Below the pieces are notes generated by a model that saw nothing but the letters and a program-made list of their open reading frames with translations, did not search any database and was not told the origin of the DNA. Below are positions 1-12,380 of a stretch of DNA of 64,000 nt, piece after piece (position 1 is the first letter of the stretch; each line of letters opens with the position of its first letter). A program made the translations under genes and the position numbers. Origin of the DNA: Camelus ferus (lineage: Eukaryota); contig NC_045697.1 in assembly GCF_009834535.1 (NCBI RefSeq), positions 19,098,001 through 19,162,000 of the forward strand. Direction: 5' to 3'.

Positions 1-354
1 CAGAGAGTAGACATGGTGTCGTTAACTCTCTCTCTCTCTCTTTTTTTTCTGGAAGAAAAGCTTGTTTTGTTATGAGAATGTTTCCCATTTTCAAATGCTT
101 GTGGAACAAGTAAATTTATCTGTAGACCTCCCAGGAGAAATCTCTGCTGGAGATGGTCCTTCCTTTCTCTTGGCTCCTGTGCTTAGCTCTCTCTCCCCGT
201 TCATCTCTGCCTTGTTTTCCCTCTATTTTTTTTTTTTCCATCTACCTCTCTCATGTTGGGGATCCCCAGTCTTCCTTCTTGGTCTTCTATTTTCTTATCC
301 TCTTGGGCAATGTCATAAGCCTATGGCTGATTCTGAGTGTTTTCAATTAGTATA

Positions 355-1415
355 ATTGCAAAGGGTCCCCACACTTGGGGTTTCATGCCATGCAGCTGCT
401 GTCTTTACATTCTTCTGATGTCTTTGAACTTGTGTTTTGCAAGTGAAGTCTGACAGGACAACAGGAGTATGTGCTGAGGGCTTGGCATCTCAGGTTAAGT
501 TCAGTCTTTTCTCCTCTGCCTCCCTGGGAAGGGCTCTTGGCCACGCGGCTCTCTGACCCTTGCACCTTGGGTCCTGCTTGCTCTCCCCTTACTCCCCGCT
601 CCCCACTGCTCCTGGTCTCCACACTGGCAGGGATCTGAGCACAGGAGCAAGGAGGGTGGAGATCACAACCAGTGGCGTCTCAGGTCAGGCAGTGGAGGCT
701 GTTCCCACTGCAGGCTGGCAACACTGCAGCTCAAATTCAGTGGGTGATTGGCTGACCTCTCACCATCTTTGATCCAAATACCCAGCACATCCTTGAACAG
801 AGGTTGAACTATCTGCTTAGGGTCACCTATCTGCTATGTGTTGGGACAGCTGGCCTGTGGAAACATGGCAGCCATCAGGTTCAAGTACATGCAGACCTTG
901 CCAGTCCCAAGGAGGAATCCTGGGCACCTCCGAGGCTCTGAACTCACCCTGCAAGTATCCCCAGATCCTTTGGGCCCACACTGTGCCTGGGGGAACATTT
1001 TCTTCCTCCTCACTTCCCTGAACCTGGCTAGTGTTCATTTCTTTTGGTCAGCTTGGGGCACCCTCCAGGGTCCAGCCAGAAATAGGGATTGCATAATTTC
1101 AGTGACTCCACATACATAGAACAGTTAACCATTCTGATATCTACATTTAGAACCAGCGTTGCACAATATAAAAATGAATGGTAAAATTCATGCCAGTGAT
1201 TTACAATTTTTATTTATTTAGAAGAACATTAAATAGCAAATGAAAAACCACCATGACATGTTGAGAGACTGTGGAAGAAAGGAAAATGCTTTGTATTTTA
1301 ATACCTTAGTATATTTGATAACTTTGGTGCCATCTTTTTCCCGCTTTGTGAACAAGGGGGCCCACATTTTCATTTTCACCAGGCCCCCCAATTTGTGTCT
1401 CTGGTCATGTCCAGG
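355..1415 (+). mobile_element. MER45-family (probably MER45C) hAT-Tip100 DNA transposon fossil
   Basis: 5' part TCTTTGAACTTGTGTTTTGCAAGTGAAGTC and 3' part TTGCACAATATAAAAATGAATGGTAAAATTCATG...GAACAAGGGGCCCACATTTTCATTTT resemble MER45 ends. Confidence 0.65.
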
Positions 1416-1449
1416 CCTGCATTTGCTGACAGCTCCTACCATTCATCTT

Positions 1450-2070
1450 CAGCCTGGACCACGCTCTACCCCAATTGCAGACCCACATTTCTGATGGCAC
1501 ACTGGGCCTGTGCCCCTGGAGGTTTTGCAGGCAACTCAACTCAACATATTCTCATCTGATCTCATCCCCCTAAACGGCTTCTCCCCATATATTTCCTTTT
1601 TCTGTTAATGGAATATCATCTACTCACTCTCTTGTAACAGAGTGGGTAATAAAATTGTTAAATGATTGAATGAAATCTTAGAAATGTTTTCAATTCTTTC
1701 CTTTCTCTCAATATCCAATATCCAACTGGTCATCAAGTTCTATCTGTTCTACCAAACATCCCAGGCCCGCTCACGTCTCCACGTCCACACATGGTACATG
1801 GGCCTGGAGTCCCTCTTGAATGCCCCTTCAAACCCCAGGTCCCATATTACCTTCTCCAAGAAGCCTTTCTGTAATTGCCCAGGAATAATTAGTCATTCCT
1901 TTTCCTATGACCCTATAGCCTGCTTTTATATCTATTATGCTGTATTGTGATTATTCATTTATATGTCTGTCTCCCTAACTAGACTGTGAGCAAATCAAGA
2001 GCAGGGTATATGTATTTATCTATTTTTTTATGTCTTGCATAAAATGTTGGAGACTCTCAGTAAATGATTA
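1450..2070 (+). mobile_element. LINE-2 3' fragments
   Basis: TCTGTCTCCC...ACTAGACTGTGAGC...CTCAGTAAATG, typical of an L2 3' end. Confidence 0.6.
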
Positions 2071-2369
2071 GATGGTGCAGGGAAAAATAAGACAGAATTT
2101 ATGGGCACCAGAAAAAGCAGAATCTTGTATGGAACAGCCTCTTTTCTGGGGATACCTGGGCCCAGAGGGACAGAAAATGGAGGCAGACCCCATATCTCTG
2201 TGGCTAGAGGCTCATTTCAAGCACAGACAGCTCATGAAGAAGAAAAACAGAAAGAGAAGCAGAAAAAAATATTATTTGCCACTTGCAAAAACATTATATA
2301 ATGGAAATAATGAGTAATGCAATAATTCCTGAATTAAAATTTTTTTGGAAAGCATTAACATAATAATTT

Positions 2370-3450
2370 TTATTTTTAAAGATGTTTTGACACACAAAGC
2401 TGTACTTAATTAATGTACATAACTTGATGAGTTTGGAGATAAGTATATATCCATGAAAACACCACCGCATTTTGCACCATAAACTTATCCGTTACGTTAG
2501 GCTGTGGAGAAAACGGAACCTCACACAGTGCTGGTGGGACTGTAGTTTGGTGCAGCCACTATGGAAAACAGTATGGAGGTTCCTCAAAAGACTAAAAATA
2601 GACTTCCTATATGACCCAGGAATCCCACTCCCGAGCATATATCCAGAGCAAACCCTAATTCAAAAAGCTACATGCGCCCTAATGTTCATGGCAGCACTAT
2701 TTACAATAGCTAAGACACGGAAACAACCTAAATGTCCATCAACAGATGACTGGATAAAGAAGCTATGGTATATTTATACAATGGAGTACTACTCAGCCAC
2801 CACAAATAATAAAATAATACCATTTGCAGCAACATGGATGTCCTTGGAGAACATTGTTCTAAGTGAAGTAAGCCAGGAAGAGAAAGAAAAATACCATATG
2901 AGATCACTTATATGTGGAATATAAGAAAAAAAAAAGATAAAGAACTTATTTACAAGACAGAAACACTCACAGACGTAGAAAACAAACTTATGGTTACCAG
3001 GGTGTGAAGGAGTTGGGAAGGGATAAATTGGGAGTTTGAGATCTGCAAATACTACTATATATAATATAGATAAACAACAAGTTTCTACGGTATAGCGCAG
3101 GGAACTATATTCAATATCTTGTAGTAAGTTATGGTGAAAAAGAGTATGAAAAGGAATATATGTATGTTCATGTATGATGGAAGCATTATGCTGTACACCA
3201 GCAACTGATACAAGATTGTAAACTGACTCTACTTCAATAAAAAAATATATATATATATATATAAAACTAAAAAAAATAGGCTATGATGTACAGATCTCTA
3301 GGACTTATTCATCTTGTATAATGAAGATTTTACACCCTTTGGCTAATCCCTCACTGTTGGCCCCTCCCCGCAGCCCCTGGCAACCACCATTCTACCCTCT
3401 GTTTCTAAGAGTTTGACTATTTTATATTCATCATGTAAGTAGTATTGTGA
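2370..3450 (-). mobile_element. Old L1M 3' UTR, split by a younger L1 insertion
   Basis: 2370-2470 (TTAATGTACATAACTTGATGAGTTTGGAG) continues at 3277-3450 (GATCTCTAGGACTTATTCATCTTG...CCCTGGCAACCACCATTCTAC). Confidence 0.7.
2498..3276 (+). mobile_element. 5'-truncated young LINE-1 (ORF2 C-terminus, 3' UTR, A-rich tail)
   Basis: Uninterrupted ORF2 C-terminus [21 protein letters not shown]...YHMRSLICGI* (stop 2924), then AATAAA and an A/(AT)n tail. Confidence 0.93.
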
Positions 3451-3839
3451 CATTTAAAGCTTCATGCTTTAAGTCCTCTCAGGGAAAAAATATCAATGCC
3501 ATGTCCAAGTATATTCATGTCTCCTCAAATTTTTAGTCATAGCATACATTTGATCAAGACTTCTATATTCACTGCATGTTTTTCCCAGTATCCTACAAAT
3601 CTAGTACCAGATATTGGGACTAAACTACTTAAGGAGTCAGAGAAAGGCGAGATGGTGCCAAGCACCCTGGTGAAAACACTATCATAAAATGTTGTATTGA
3701 CACCAAAGACCATTAACAAAATATATTACATTTTTATCAACATTAAATATGAACTCTGCGACAAGGTCTATTGTTAACTCAAACTTTAAACTTTAGTAAT
3801 AGCAGAGCAAGAGTTCTTTACAGTTAAGAACAAAATTAT

Positions 3840-4666
3840 ATGCTCCACGTTGCTAATCATCAGGGAAATGCAAATCAAAACCACAATGAGATAGCACCTC
3901 ACACCTGTCAGAAGGGCCATCATTAAAAAGAACACAAATAGCAAATGTTGGCAAGGATGGGAAAAGGGAACTTTGTACACTTTTGGTGGGAATTAAATTG
4001 GTGTAGCAACTGTGGAAAACGCGATGGAAGTTTCTCAGAAAACTGAGACTAGAACTACTTTATGACCCAGCGATTCCACTCCAGGGTACATATCTGAAAA
4101 AAAGAAAAACACTAATTCAAAAAGATACACATTCCAACCCCTCCTCACCGCCATGTTCACAGCAGCACTATTTCCAATAGCCTAGCCAAGATATGGTAGA
4201 GACCTAAGTGTCCATTAAAAGGTGAATGGATAAAGAAGATGTGGTATATATACATAATGGAATACTACTCAGCCATAAAAAAGAATGAAATTTTGCCATT
4301 TGCAACAACATGAACAGATCTGGAGGGCATTATGCTAAGTGAAATAAGTCAGAAAAAGAAAGACAAATACTGTATGACATTACTTATATGTGGAATCTAA
4401 AAAAAATCCAACAAAGTAGTGAATATTAACAAAAAAGAAACAGACTCATAGATGCAGAGAACAAACTAGTGGTTACCAGTGGGGAGAGGGAAGGGGGAGG
4501 GGCAATTTAAGAGTAGGGTATTAAGAGGTACAAACTATAATGTATAAAATAAGCCCAATATTTTATAATAGCTATAAAGGGAGTCTAACCTTTAAAAATT
4601 GTTAATCACTAGGTCGTACACCTGTAACATATAATTTTGTACATCAACTATACTTCAGTTAAAAAA
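3840..4666 (+). mobile_element. 5'-truncated LINE-1 (degenerate ORF2 end plus 3' UTR)
   Basis: GAAATGCAAATCAAAACCACAATGAG...GGAATACTACTCAGCCATAAAAAAGAATGAAAT...CAACTATACTTCA. Confidence 0.9.
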
Positions 4667-4894
4667 GCAGAATCATAAAATCATAACTGAAGTCAATACA
4701 GGTGTGATTCACAATTGCCTTAAAAATCCAGCAGGTATTTTGGGTAGGTTAGTACTTTCCTTCAATCTAAGAAATGAGATTATCTACCTATTAATATCTA
4801 CTTTTTAATAGCAAGCATTAATATGTTCGGAGCCGGAGGCTTGGTAAAACAGAGAACTCACTAGTAATTTCTAAATTAAGTCTGTATAGCTTGA

Positions 4895-5070
4895 TTCCAC
4901 TGGTTTAGAATGTCCAGACCAAATCATGTGGGGTGTCTGTTAAAAATGCCACTACCTAAGCCCCATCCTAGACCCACTATATTAGGATCTTTGGAGGAAA
5001 GATTGAGGAAACTGCATTTTTAACAAGCCCTCCACCCCATCCCAAGTGATCATTAGGCACTCCAGATTTT
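4895..5070. mobile_element. MER5-like hAT-Charlie fragment
   Basis: GTTAAAAATGC...CCCCATCCTAGACC...CTGCATTTTTAACAAGCCCTCC. Confidence 0.55.
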
Positions 5071-6129
5071 TAAAAAACCCAATTTCCAACATAAACACAA
5101 GAATTTTAGATTGTCAAATAAAATAACTTTTCATTTCTCTTTAACAATATTGGGAAATGAGGAGTTCCAGCTGAGTGAGTTTCCCAGAAGACTTTAATTT
5201 CAGTTTACCCCCATAAGTCCTGGAACTTTTCAATGTTTTAAACATTTTAATAAAAATCTTTCTAAACTGTGTTATATAATGCACCATCTTCTCCAACAGA
5301 ATATATTACACACATTAGGCATTGTTATGAGTGACTCAAGATAATTATTACAAATATCCATTATTATAAAAATAGCTTAAAAACTTATGAAGTCTATAAA
5401 ACTGTCTGATTGTACCCTAAAGTCTGTTGCCAGCTGTGTTTTTATGATATTACAGTTGCTTTTTTGTGTTTGGTTTAGATAATTTTCCCGGTTTCACCCT
5501 TGCTGATAGGTAACTTTTATTAATGGCACCATTACTTTTTCTACTTTCCATGTTTCCGTTTAATAAGCTCTGGGAAAGCATGAGGAATTCTGGATGAGTA
5601 AAGTTCTTGTGTGGGCGTGAGGATCAGTTGGAATGCTTTCTGGTGTCAGAAAAAGCCTCAACTCAGATTAAATTAAACAATAAGGGAATTCATTATCTCA
5701 CATAAGAAGAATCCTTGTTTTGCATAGTTGCAATCAAATTATACATACGAGATTTATCCTGCTTGTTTCACTTATTATATCAAACCATTTCCTATGTCAT
5801 TAAAATGCTTAATATTCTTACACATAATGTTTCACCATACACAATTAATTCAACAAAATTTGTTGGGTGTCATCTATGTGCCAAGCATAAGAAGGTGGCG
5901 GAGATGAAGTGAGGAGTGATGACATGCATGATTCCCAGTCTCAGACTTCCACTTTACTAGGAACGTTCCATTAGTTATTTGACCACTATTGTTTCCAAAG
6001 AATTGTTTGACAATTATACATTCTGATAAACATTTTGCTTATATTTTGGTTTATTCCCACAGGAGTAACTTCTCACAGTGATGTCACTGGGTCATTTTAA
6101 GGCTCTTTATATGTATGTTTTGAGATTTG

Positions 6130-6590
6130 TTTTTTGTGATAAAGTACACATAAATAAAATTTACCATTTCAGCTACTTTTAAATGTACAATTCAGTGGCA
6201 TAAGCTATACCACAATGTTATACAACCACTGCCACTAACCATCTCCAGAGCTCTTCATCATCCCAAATTGAAATCCTACCCATGAAATGATAACTTCCCA
6301 CCCCTCCTTTCCCAGACTCTAGTAACTACCACTGTGCTTTCTTTCTCTATGAATCTGACTATTCTAGGTCCTTCATATAAGTGGAATCATACAATATTTA
6401 TCCTTTTGTGTCTGGTTTATTCCACTTAGCATAATGTTTTCAAAGTTCATTCACATTGTAGCAGGTATCAAATTTCATTCCTTTTTAAGGCTAAATAATA
6501 TTTTCATTGTGTGTATATATACCATATTTTATTTCTGCATCTGTTGATGGACATTTGGATTGTTTCCACCTTTTGGCTATTATGAACATC
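6130..6590 (-). mobile_element. L1M (L1MB-like) 3' UTR
   Basis: AAAATTTACCATTT...TACAATTCAGTGGCA...ATAAGTGGAATCATACAATATTT...GTTGATGGACATTTGGATTGTTTCCACC. Confidence 0.85.
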
Positions 6591-6894
6591 TCACTCTATT
6601 TTTAAATTGCTTTCTAAAATAGACTGTAGTAGACAGTCTGGTTAGGACTACTGACAGTACATAAACAATTTTTTTTTACAGTTTCATTCACATAATTATT
6701 TTTTTTAACTCTGTTAATAGGAGAAAAAATCTTAGCACTAGTTTGTTTGCTATTTCTTCATTTGTTAGTCAAGTGACTATTTTCAACTGTTTATATTTCC
6801 ACTTTTGTGAAATATCTGTTCATGTTTGTCACCCATATATATATATATATATGCATATATTTGAATCTTAAGATTTTTCTTATTGTAAGAATTT

Positions 6895-7222
6895 TTTTGG
6901 TATATGTTTTTTTTGTTGAAGTATAGTCAGTTTACAATGTTGCATCAATTTCTGTTGTACAGCATAATGCTTCTGTCATACATGAACATACAGATATTCG
7001 TTTTCATATTCTTTTTCACCATAAGTTACAAGATATTGAATATAGTTCCCCGTGGTATACAGTAGAAACTTGTAATCTATTTTATATATGTATTACTTCG
7101 TATCTGCAAATCTCAAACTCCCAATTTATCCCTTCCTACCCCCTTCGCACACTGGTAACCGTAAGTTTGTTTTCTATGTCTGTGAGTCTGTTTCTGTTTT
7201 GTAAAAAAGTTTGCTTGTCTTT
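6895..7222 (-). mobile_element. Young L1 3' UTR fragment, same family as 2940-3245
   Basis: Reverse complement of the 3' UTR of the L1 at 2498-3276. Possible TSD TTGTAAGA at ~6883 and ~7224. Confidence 0.88.
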
Positions 7223-7834
7223 TTTGTAAGAGTTATTTTTTTTTAATTTAAAAATATTTCCCCATTATCCAATTTACTGCACATATGTTTCCCAGTTTAT
7301 TTTAGCCTTTTCATTTTGGTCAGGCTTCTTTTTGATATAGAGACTATTCTTCATCTTAATGGAGTCAAGTTTATCAGTTAGTACATTTGTAAATTATATA
7401 ATTTATTTTGAGCTTAGAAAATTCATTCCCATCAAGAGCATATTTCTTCACTGATTTTTCACTCAACGCTTTATCCATCTCAAGTTGGATATATTAGTGT
7501 AAGATGATCTAAACAATTTCTTTGGACACTTTTCATTGCTAGTCTTACTTAATCTTTCTGCTACATTGGCTGCTAACCACACTTTTTGAAAGTATGTCTG
7601 CCATTTTATTACTCCCTCTTTCCTGGTTCTTACACATTCTTGCTGCTAGTTTTTAGGTTCCTTTCCTGCACCTCTTTTCTACCTGTTCCTAAGGTTGATT
7701 TCAACTGTTTATTGTTCTCATTGTATATTCTCTCTGAGTAATCAGCATATGTGGATGACACCTCCCCCTGACCCTCCCCCTTTTTTTAATATTTGGCAGA
7801 AATACCTACGTGGGTTTCAGACCTATGTGTTTAG

Positions 7835-9050
7835 TCATTGATTCATTTAATATTCACCAAATATCAATTGCACATTTACTCCACCAGGCAGTTTTTTAGG
7901 CTCAGGAGATAAAATGCCTACTCTTGTGGAACTTACATACCGCTGGGGGTCACTGACAATATTGCAAGTAAATACAATATAGTATTTTAGGTAGTGATAA
8001 GGGCTATAGAGAACTAATACAGGCAAGGAAGTTAAAAAGTGTCTATGGCTGATGGGGGTAGGGTATAGCTTAGTGGGAGAGTGGCATGCTCAGCATGCAC
8101 AAGGTCCTGGGTTCAATTCCCAACACCTCCACTAAAAATGATAACAATAAAACGGATAAATCTAATCACCTCCCCCCAATAGCTAAAACAAAAACAAAAC
8201 AAAAAGTATCTGTGGGTGGATGTGAGGATTGCAATTTTAATTTGAGTGGTCAGGGAAGGCCCTGCTGAGAAGGCGACATTTATGCAAAGAGCTGAAGGAG
8301 ATAGAGGAGGGAACAACCATTGTGGACATCTGTTAGAAGAACATTCCAGGCAGAAAGAAGGAAAAGCAAATGCAAAAGCCTGAGGCAATACTGTTCCTAG
8401 TTTGTTCCAGGAGTGAGGGAACTGAAAGCCTTTGCAGACTGAATCAGAAGGCGAGCAATAGGAAATGAGGCCAAAGATGCAATTAGGGTCACATCACACA
8501 GGGCCCTGTCAGCCATTTATTGCTTTTACCCTGAGCAAAATGGGCTGTTTGAGAATTTTAAGGAGAGAAATAACATGATCTCTAGCAGATGTGCCAAGAA
8601 TAGACTTTGGGAGAGCGTGGGCAAAACATGGAAACAAGTTAAGAGGTGATTGCAATAATCCAGGGTAGAGCTGATTGCTGCTTGGACCAGAGTGGTAGCT
8701 GCAGAGGTGATGAGAAATGGTAGAGTCAGCAGGATTTGCTGAGTGATTAGATGTGGGAATGTGAGAAAGGATCTCAGTCACTGAGTGGGAGGCTATAAGA
8801 GAAGCAGGTTTGGAGGAGAGTATTAGGAGCATGGGTTTTGAACATGTGAACCGGAGATGCAATTAGCATTTGAGTGGAGATGTCAGTATGTGTCTAGAGT
8901 TCACACAATAGCTCTGAGCTGGAGAAATAAATCTGGGGGTCAATAAAATATGATGGCATTTAAACCTCTAAGATTGGATGAAAGTATAAAAAAAAATGAG
9001 TGTAGTAGAGGAGAATTGTACACACTGAACCCTCAGCACTCTATATGTAC
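7835..9050 (-). mobile_element. LINE-2 fragment (hosts the SINE at 8054)
   Basis: ATTCATTTAATATTCACCAAATAT...GGTCAGGGAAGGCC...CATTCCAGGCAGA...TTGGACCAGAGTGGTAGC. Confidence 0.75.
8054..8200 (+). mobile_element. tRNA-derived SINE, camelid vic-1 type
   Basis: GGGGTAGGGTATAGCTTAGTGG (A box)...GGTCCTGGGTTCAATTCCC (B box)...CTAATCACCTCCCCCC plus an A-rich tail. Degenerate TSD AAAAAGTGTCTATGG (8034-8048) / AAAAAGTATCTGTGG (8201-8215). Confidence 0.85.
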
Positions 9051-9437
9051 AAAACGATCATTTTGATAGAACAGAGGAATAAAAACTGAGAGGAAAGAGT
9101 AAGCTATTATACGGGTTTAAGATCCTATATAATTATTAAAATCTTGCACCAAATTTAGCTTTAAGCTTCCTGGCAGCCAAAGACTGAATATCACTTATCA
9201 AATTCTTAGAAGCCTTGTTGCCATTATTACTTCTTTCTTTTACTTTGCAATGATAAGCCACTAGCTTTTCCAAAGATCCTCTCCCATCCATTTCTACTCC
9301 AGTGGGTGTACATTATTGTGGCTTTCTTCCATTTATCCAACCACATTTCTTATTAGGTAGAAATCAGATTTTAGGTTTAGCTCTTTCAAATCATAATATG
9401 GTATTCTGAGGTCTTTCCAAGTGGTTCAATATTAAAA

Positions 9438-9438
<1 letters not shown>

Positions 9439-9495
<57 letters not shown>
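9439..9495. repeat. (GC)n(AC)n compound microsatellite
   Basis: Read directly from the sequence. Confidence 0.97.
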
Positions 9496-9498
<3 letters not shown>

Positions 9499-9539
9499 CT
9501 GCTACAGAGAAATCACATGAGACTGAACAGCCAGCACTC

Positions 9540-9692
9540 TTTGTGGCCCACTCAGGAATTCTTTTTTTTTTCTGTCTCCTTTCCTGCCTCACTCTCCTTG
9601 CCCCTCACTCTTGCTTCCTTGGGGTTGCACTCCCTAAGGAATTGTTGTTATATAAGCCTTTACCTCAAGTTCTGTTTTCTAGAGAACCTGTA
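9540..9692 (+). mobile_element. Ancient ERVL-type LTR 3' fragment (LTR16/LTR33-like)
   Basis: TTGCACTCCC...CTCAAGTTCTGTTTTCTAGAGAACC. Confidence 0.4.
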
Positions 9693-9712
9693 TTCAAATG
9701 TCACCATGGACT

Positions 9713-9750
9713 GTACCCTGAGGCATGGGCCGTACCCTGAGGCATGGGCC
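9713..9750. repeat. Perfect 19-bp tandem duplication GTACCCTGAGGCATGGGCC x2
   Basis: Units at 9713-9731 and 9732-9750. Confidence 0.95.
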
Positions 9751-9877
9751 CTGTAAAGACTCTTATGAGCTTATTTTTGTCGAACGTGCTCTTACATATT
9801 TTTTCTTGTGTTCCTTCTTTCCACATTCCTCTTTTGCACAATTTAAGCTCTTGTCCTTAACACTCTTAAGGGCTTAG

Positions 9878-10060
9878 ATAATCATAGCTAATTATGCACC
9901 AGGCAACTTTACAACCATTTTCACTTTGCTACAACCCTGTCTAGGTACTGTTATTATTACCTTTTTACAGAAGAGGAAACTGAGGTTAAGATGTTTAGTG
10001 ACAAGGCCAAAGTCACACAGTTAGTAAATGGCTGTGTGAACTCCAGAATCCATATTCTTA
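9878..10060 (-). mobile_element. MIR SINE
   Basis: TTTTACAGAAGAGGAAACTGAGGTT...AAGTCACACAGTTAGTAAATGGC core. Confidence 0.8.
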
Positions 10061-11449
10061 ATGACATCATAGTTCAAATAAGCCTCCACTGAGGACCTGG
10101 CTTTCCTGGAACCAAGATACAGGGGATTCTCTCCTTATGAGGGGTTTAGATTCCAAATGGCTGTACTTATGACCATGTTTTTTATTCATTCAAACTTAAT
10201 GAGAAAGGGACTTAAATTTGCAGTTTCCAGATGAATTTTCCACAAAAGGAGAGGAAAGTGGGTAACCCTTTGAAACTTTAAAACTGGTCTACTTTTTCTT
10301 GTCCTTGTTCATGTGCGTTCTATGGCATCTCTTTCTAAAATGGTCATATTCTGTATACTTTGAAATTGAGGGCAGGTAATTCCCTCCTAGATAAATTCTT
10401 CAAGTGTTGAAACTTTTAGCAGCTTTGTGTCTGAGAACTCACAGATGTTACAAACTTTTGACTGGCGCTTTGAGCCCATGGAATCATACTTTGCCTGAAA
10501 GCAAAAATTTTATCATTCTAAGCTTTAAATTCTAAAAAAAAAACCATCTTTTTAAATGATTTGGGATTAGGGTAGTAGGCATCTGATTTAGAAGCTTATT
10601 CTCTTGCATCATACTCCAAAGTTTTTCCATTCCCTCAATCGCTTTTCCAGTCACTTGCTGTCAGGAGCATAGGCATATCATGGTTTATCTGTTGTATAAT
10701 TTGCCTTTTCATTTTCAGAATTGATGGTACTACTGAAGGAATCATCTGTGTATCTGTGTGTACATGAAGCAATTCTCATCATTTTCAATTGTATCTCTTC
10801 TTTTATCTCCATCACAATTCTACTCCTCTTTTTACAGAAACTGTGCTTATCTGATATCATGTGATCATGTTCATGTAACACCGCCAATTAAGTAGTAACA
10901 GAGCAAACATCCTCTTTAATAAAAGGAATGACCCCACAAACCCCCTGAGTCTCTTGGCTTATGTGGGCAAAGTTGACTTGCTTTTGCTCTGTTAGGTGGT
11001 TTTAAAAATTTTTTATTAATACATTAAAATGTCTCAAAGAGTTTTTGATTTTCTTTTAAGAGCCTTTCTTCCTCCTTTCAAGGAGAAAATGTTATGATGT
11101 GGTATACTACCTTCACTGAACTAGATGGGTAATATTCCATGCCTTATTGGCTTTAGGAAGAAAGAATCTTGCTAATGAGTTACTTTCACAGTCATTTTTT
11201 CTTTAGTGCTTTCATTTATTCAACAATTTGAGAACCATATTTATATGTGGAGGCTTCACTGTTTGGATCTGGGGCCATCAAATAAGCAGTATCAGTTTAG
11301 ACGTGTTTCCTAAGTTCTCCGGACCTCGATTCCCTTGAAAGCTTGTGTGGGGAATGAACTGGACAACATCAAGGAGCTGGTACACAACAGGATTTGCATT
11401 TCTCCGAGGGGCTTAACCAGGATGAGCAAACCAAGCGAACTTTCGGATA

Positions 11450-12250
11450 GTGCTCAGTCAGCACCCAATATTCCAGGGGCCCGGGGTCGAAGCCGAGAAA
11501 TCCTACTTGCAACCGTCCTCTGGGTCAAAGGCGGACCGGAAAGGCTCCGTGGGCGGTGTGAGACGCAGGACCAAGCAAGCGCCTCTCGGCCACACGCTGG
11601 AGCTCCCCACTCTTCCACCTCCACCCCAGCTCGCGCTCCACGCCCCACCCCCGCCAGCCCGCCCACGCGGCGACGTCACCGCGCGCCGGCCGGGCGCCGG
11701 GACTCGCCGCCCACGGCGTGGGAGCCGGAAGCCGGGCGAGCAGCGGAGCGCGGCGTCCCGGAACCGCAGAGCCTGAGAGCTCGCTCACCTGGGGAAAAGC
11801 GGCCGCAGACAGCGGGCATGCGCGAGGCTGCCAGGCGGCGCAGGCGCGCTGCTGGCCTCGCGCGAAGGACGAGATCCGGTTCTCCGGGTTGGAGAGGGTG
11901 GGGCGTCGTGGGCTGTGCGGCGTGCTGGGGGAGCAGGGGGAGAAAAAGGAGACGGGGAAGGAGCTGGACTCTTGAGAAGGGCGGATTTGCTTCTGGGATG
12001 GGGACGGGCCGGCTGCACGGATCCTGGTGTGCGTCTGTGCTGGGCGTGCCCCACGGAGTAAGGGATTTGTCGGAAGATGAAATCAAACCGCCACGCAAAG
12101 TGCGATACTCTTTTCTTGAGCCGAAACACGCTCAAAATACACACCCAGAGCCTGGGGGCCAGTTCTTCCCAGGGATGACAACGTACCTGTGTGCCGGGCA
12201 CCTGCAAAGGCTGACTTGTTATTTCAGTCTCCCGCCGCCACCAACAGCCC
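11450..12250. promoter_or_regulatory. Second CpG island ~3 kb upstream of STIM2 (candidate divergent/alternative promoter)
   Basis: Dense CpG. CRE-like CGACGTCA at 11671, ETS-like CCGGAA at ~11725 and ~11758, NRF1-like GCATGCGC at ~11816. Confidence 0.8.
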
Positions 12251-12380
12251 TATGAGGCTGACTTTATTACAAGGTCCCCAGTTTCCCGTCTGGAAACCTA
12301 GGACAGATTAACTTGTCTACAGGTCGCACAGCTCAAAAGTGGTGTTGTTTCCGCCAGATTTATCTGATTCCAAAGCTTAT
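12240..12380 (-). mobile_element. MIR SINE
   Basis: ACAGCCCTATGAGG...TAACTTGTCTACAGGTCGCACAGCT...TCTGATTCCAAAGC. Confidence 0.6.

Noticed and set aside
383..1119. GC-richer segment with several short ORFs as exons
   Set aside because: Enclosed by MER45-type ends, so better explained as transposon interior.
2472..2924. 150-aa ORF as a gene
   Set aside because: C-terminus of L1 ORF2 in a 5'-truncated insertion.
8054..8130. tRNA gene
   Set aside because: The tRNA-like head is degenerate and continues into a SINE body, A-rich tail and TSD.
11335..12255. 306-aa ORF (and overlapping 70-140 aa ORFs on both strands)
   Set aside because: TTG start, low-complexity Arg/Pro/Ala/Gly composition and no recognisable domain. 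Long open frames are expected in CpG islands.
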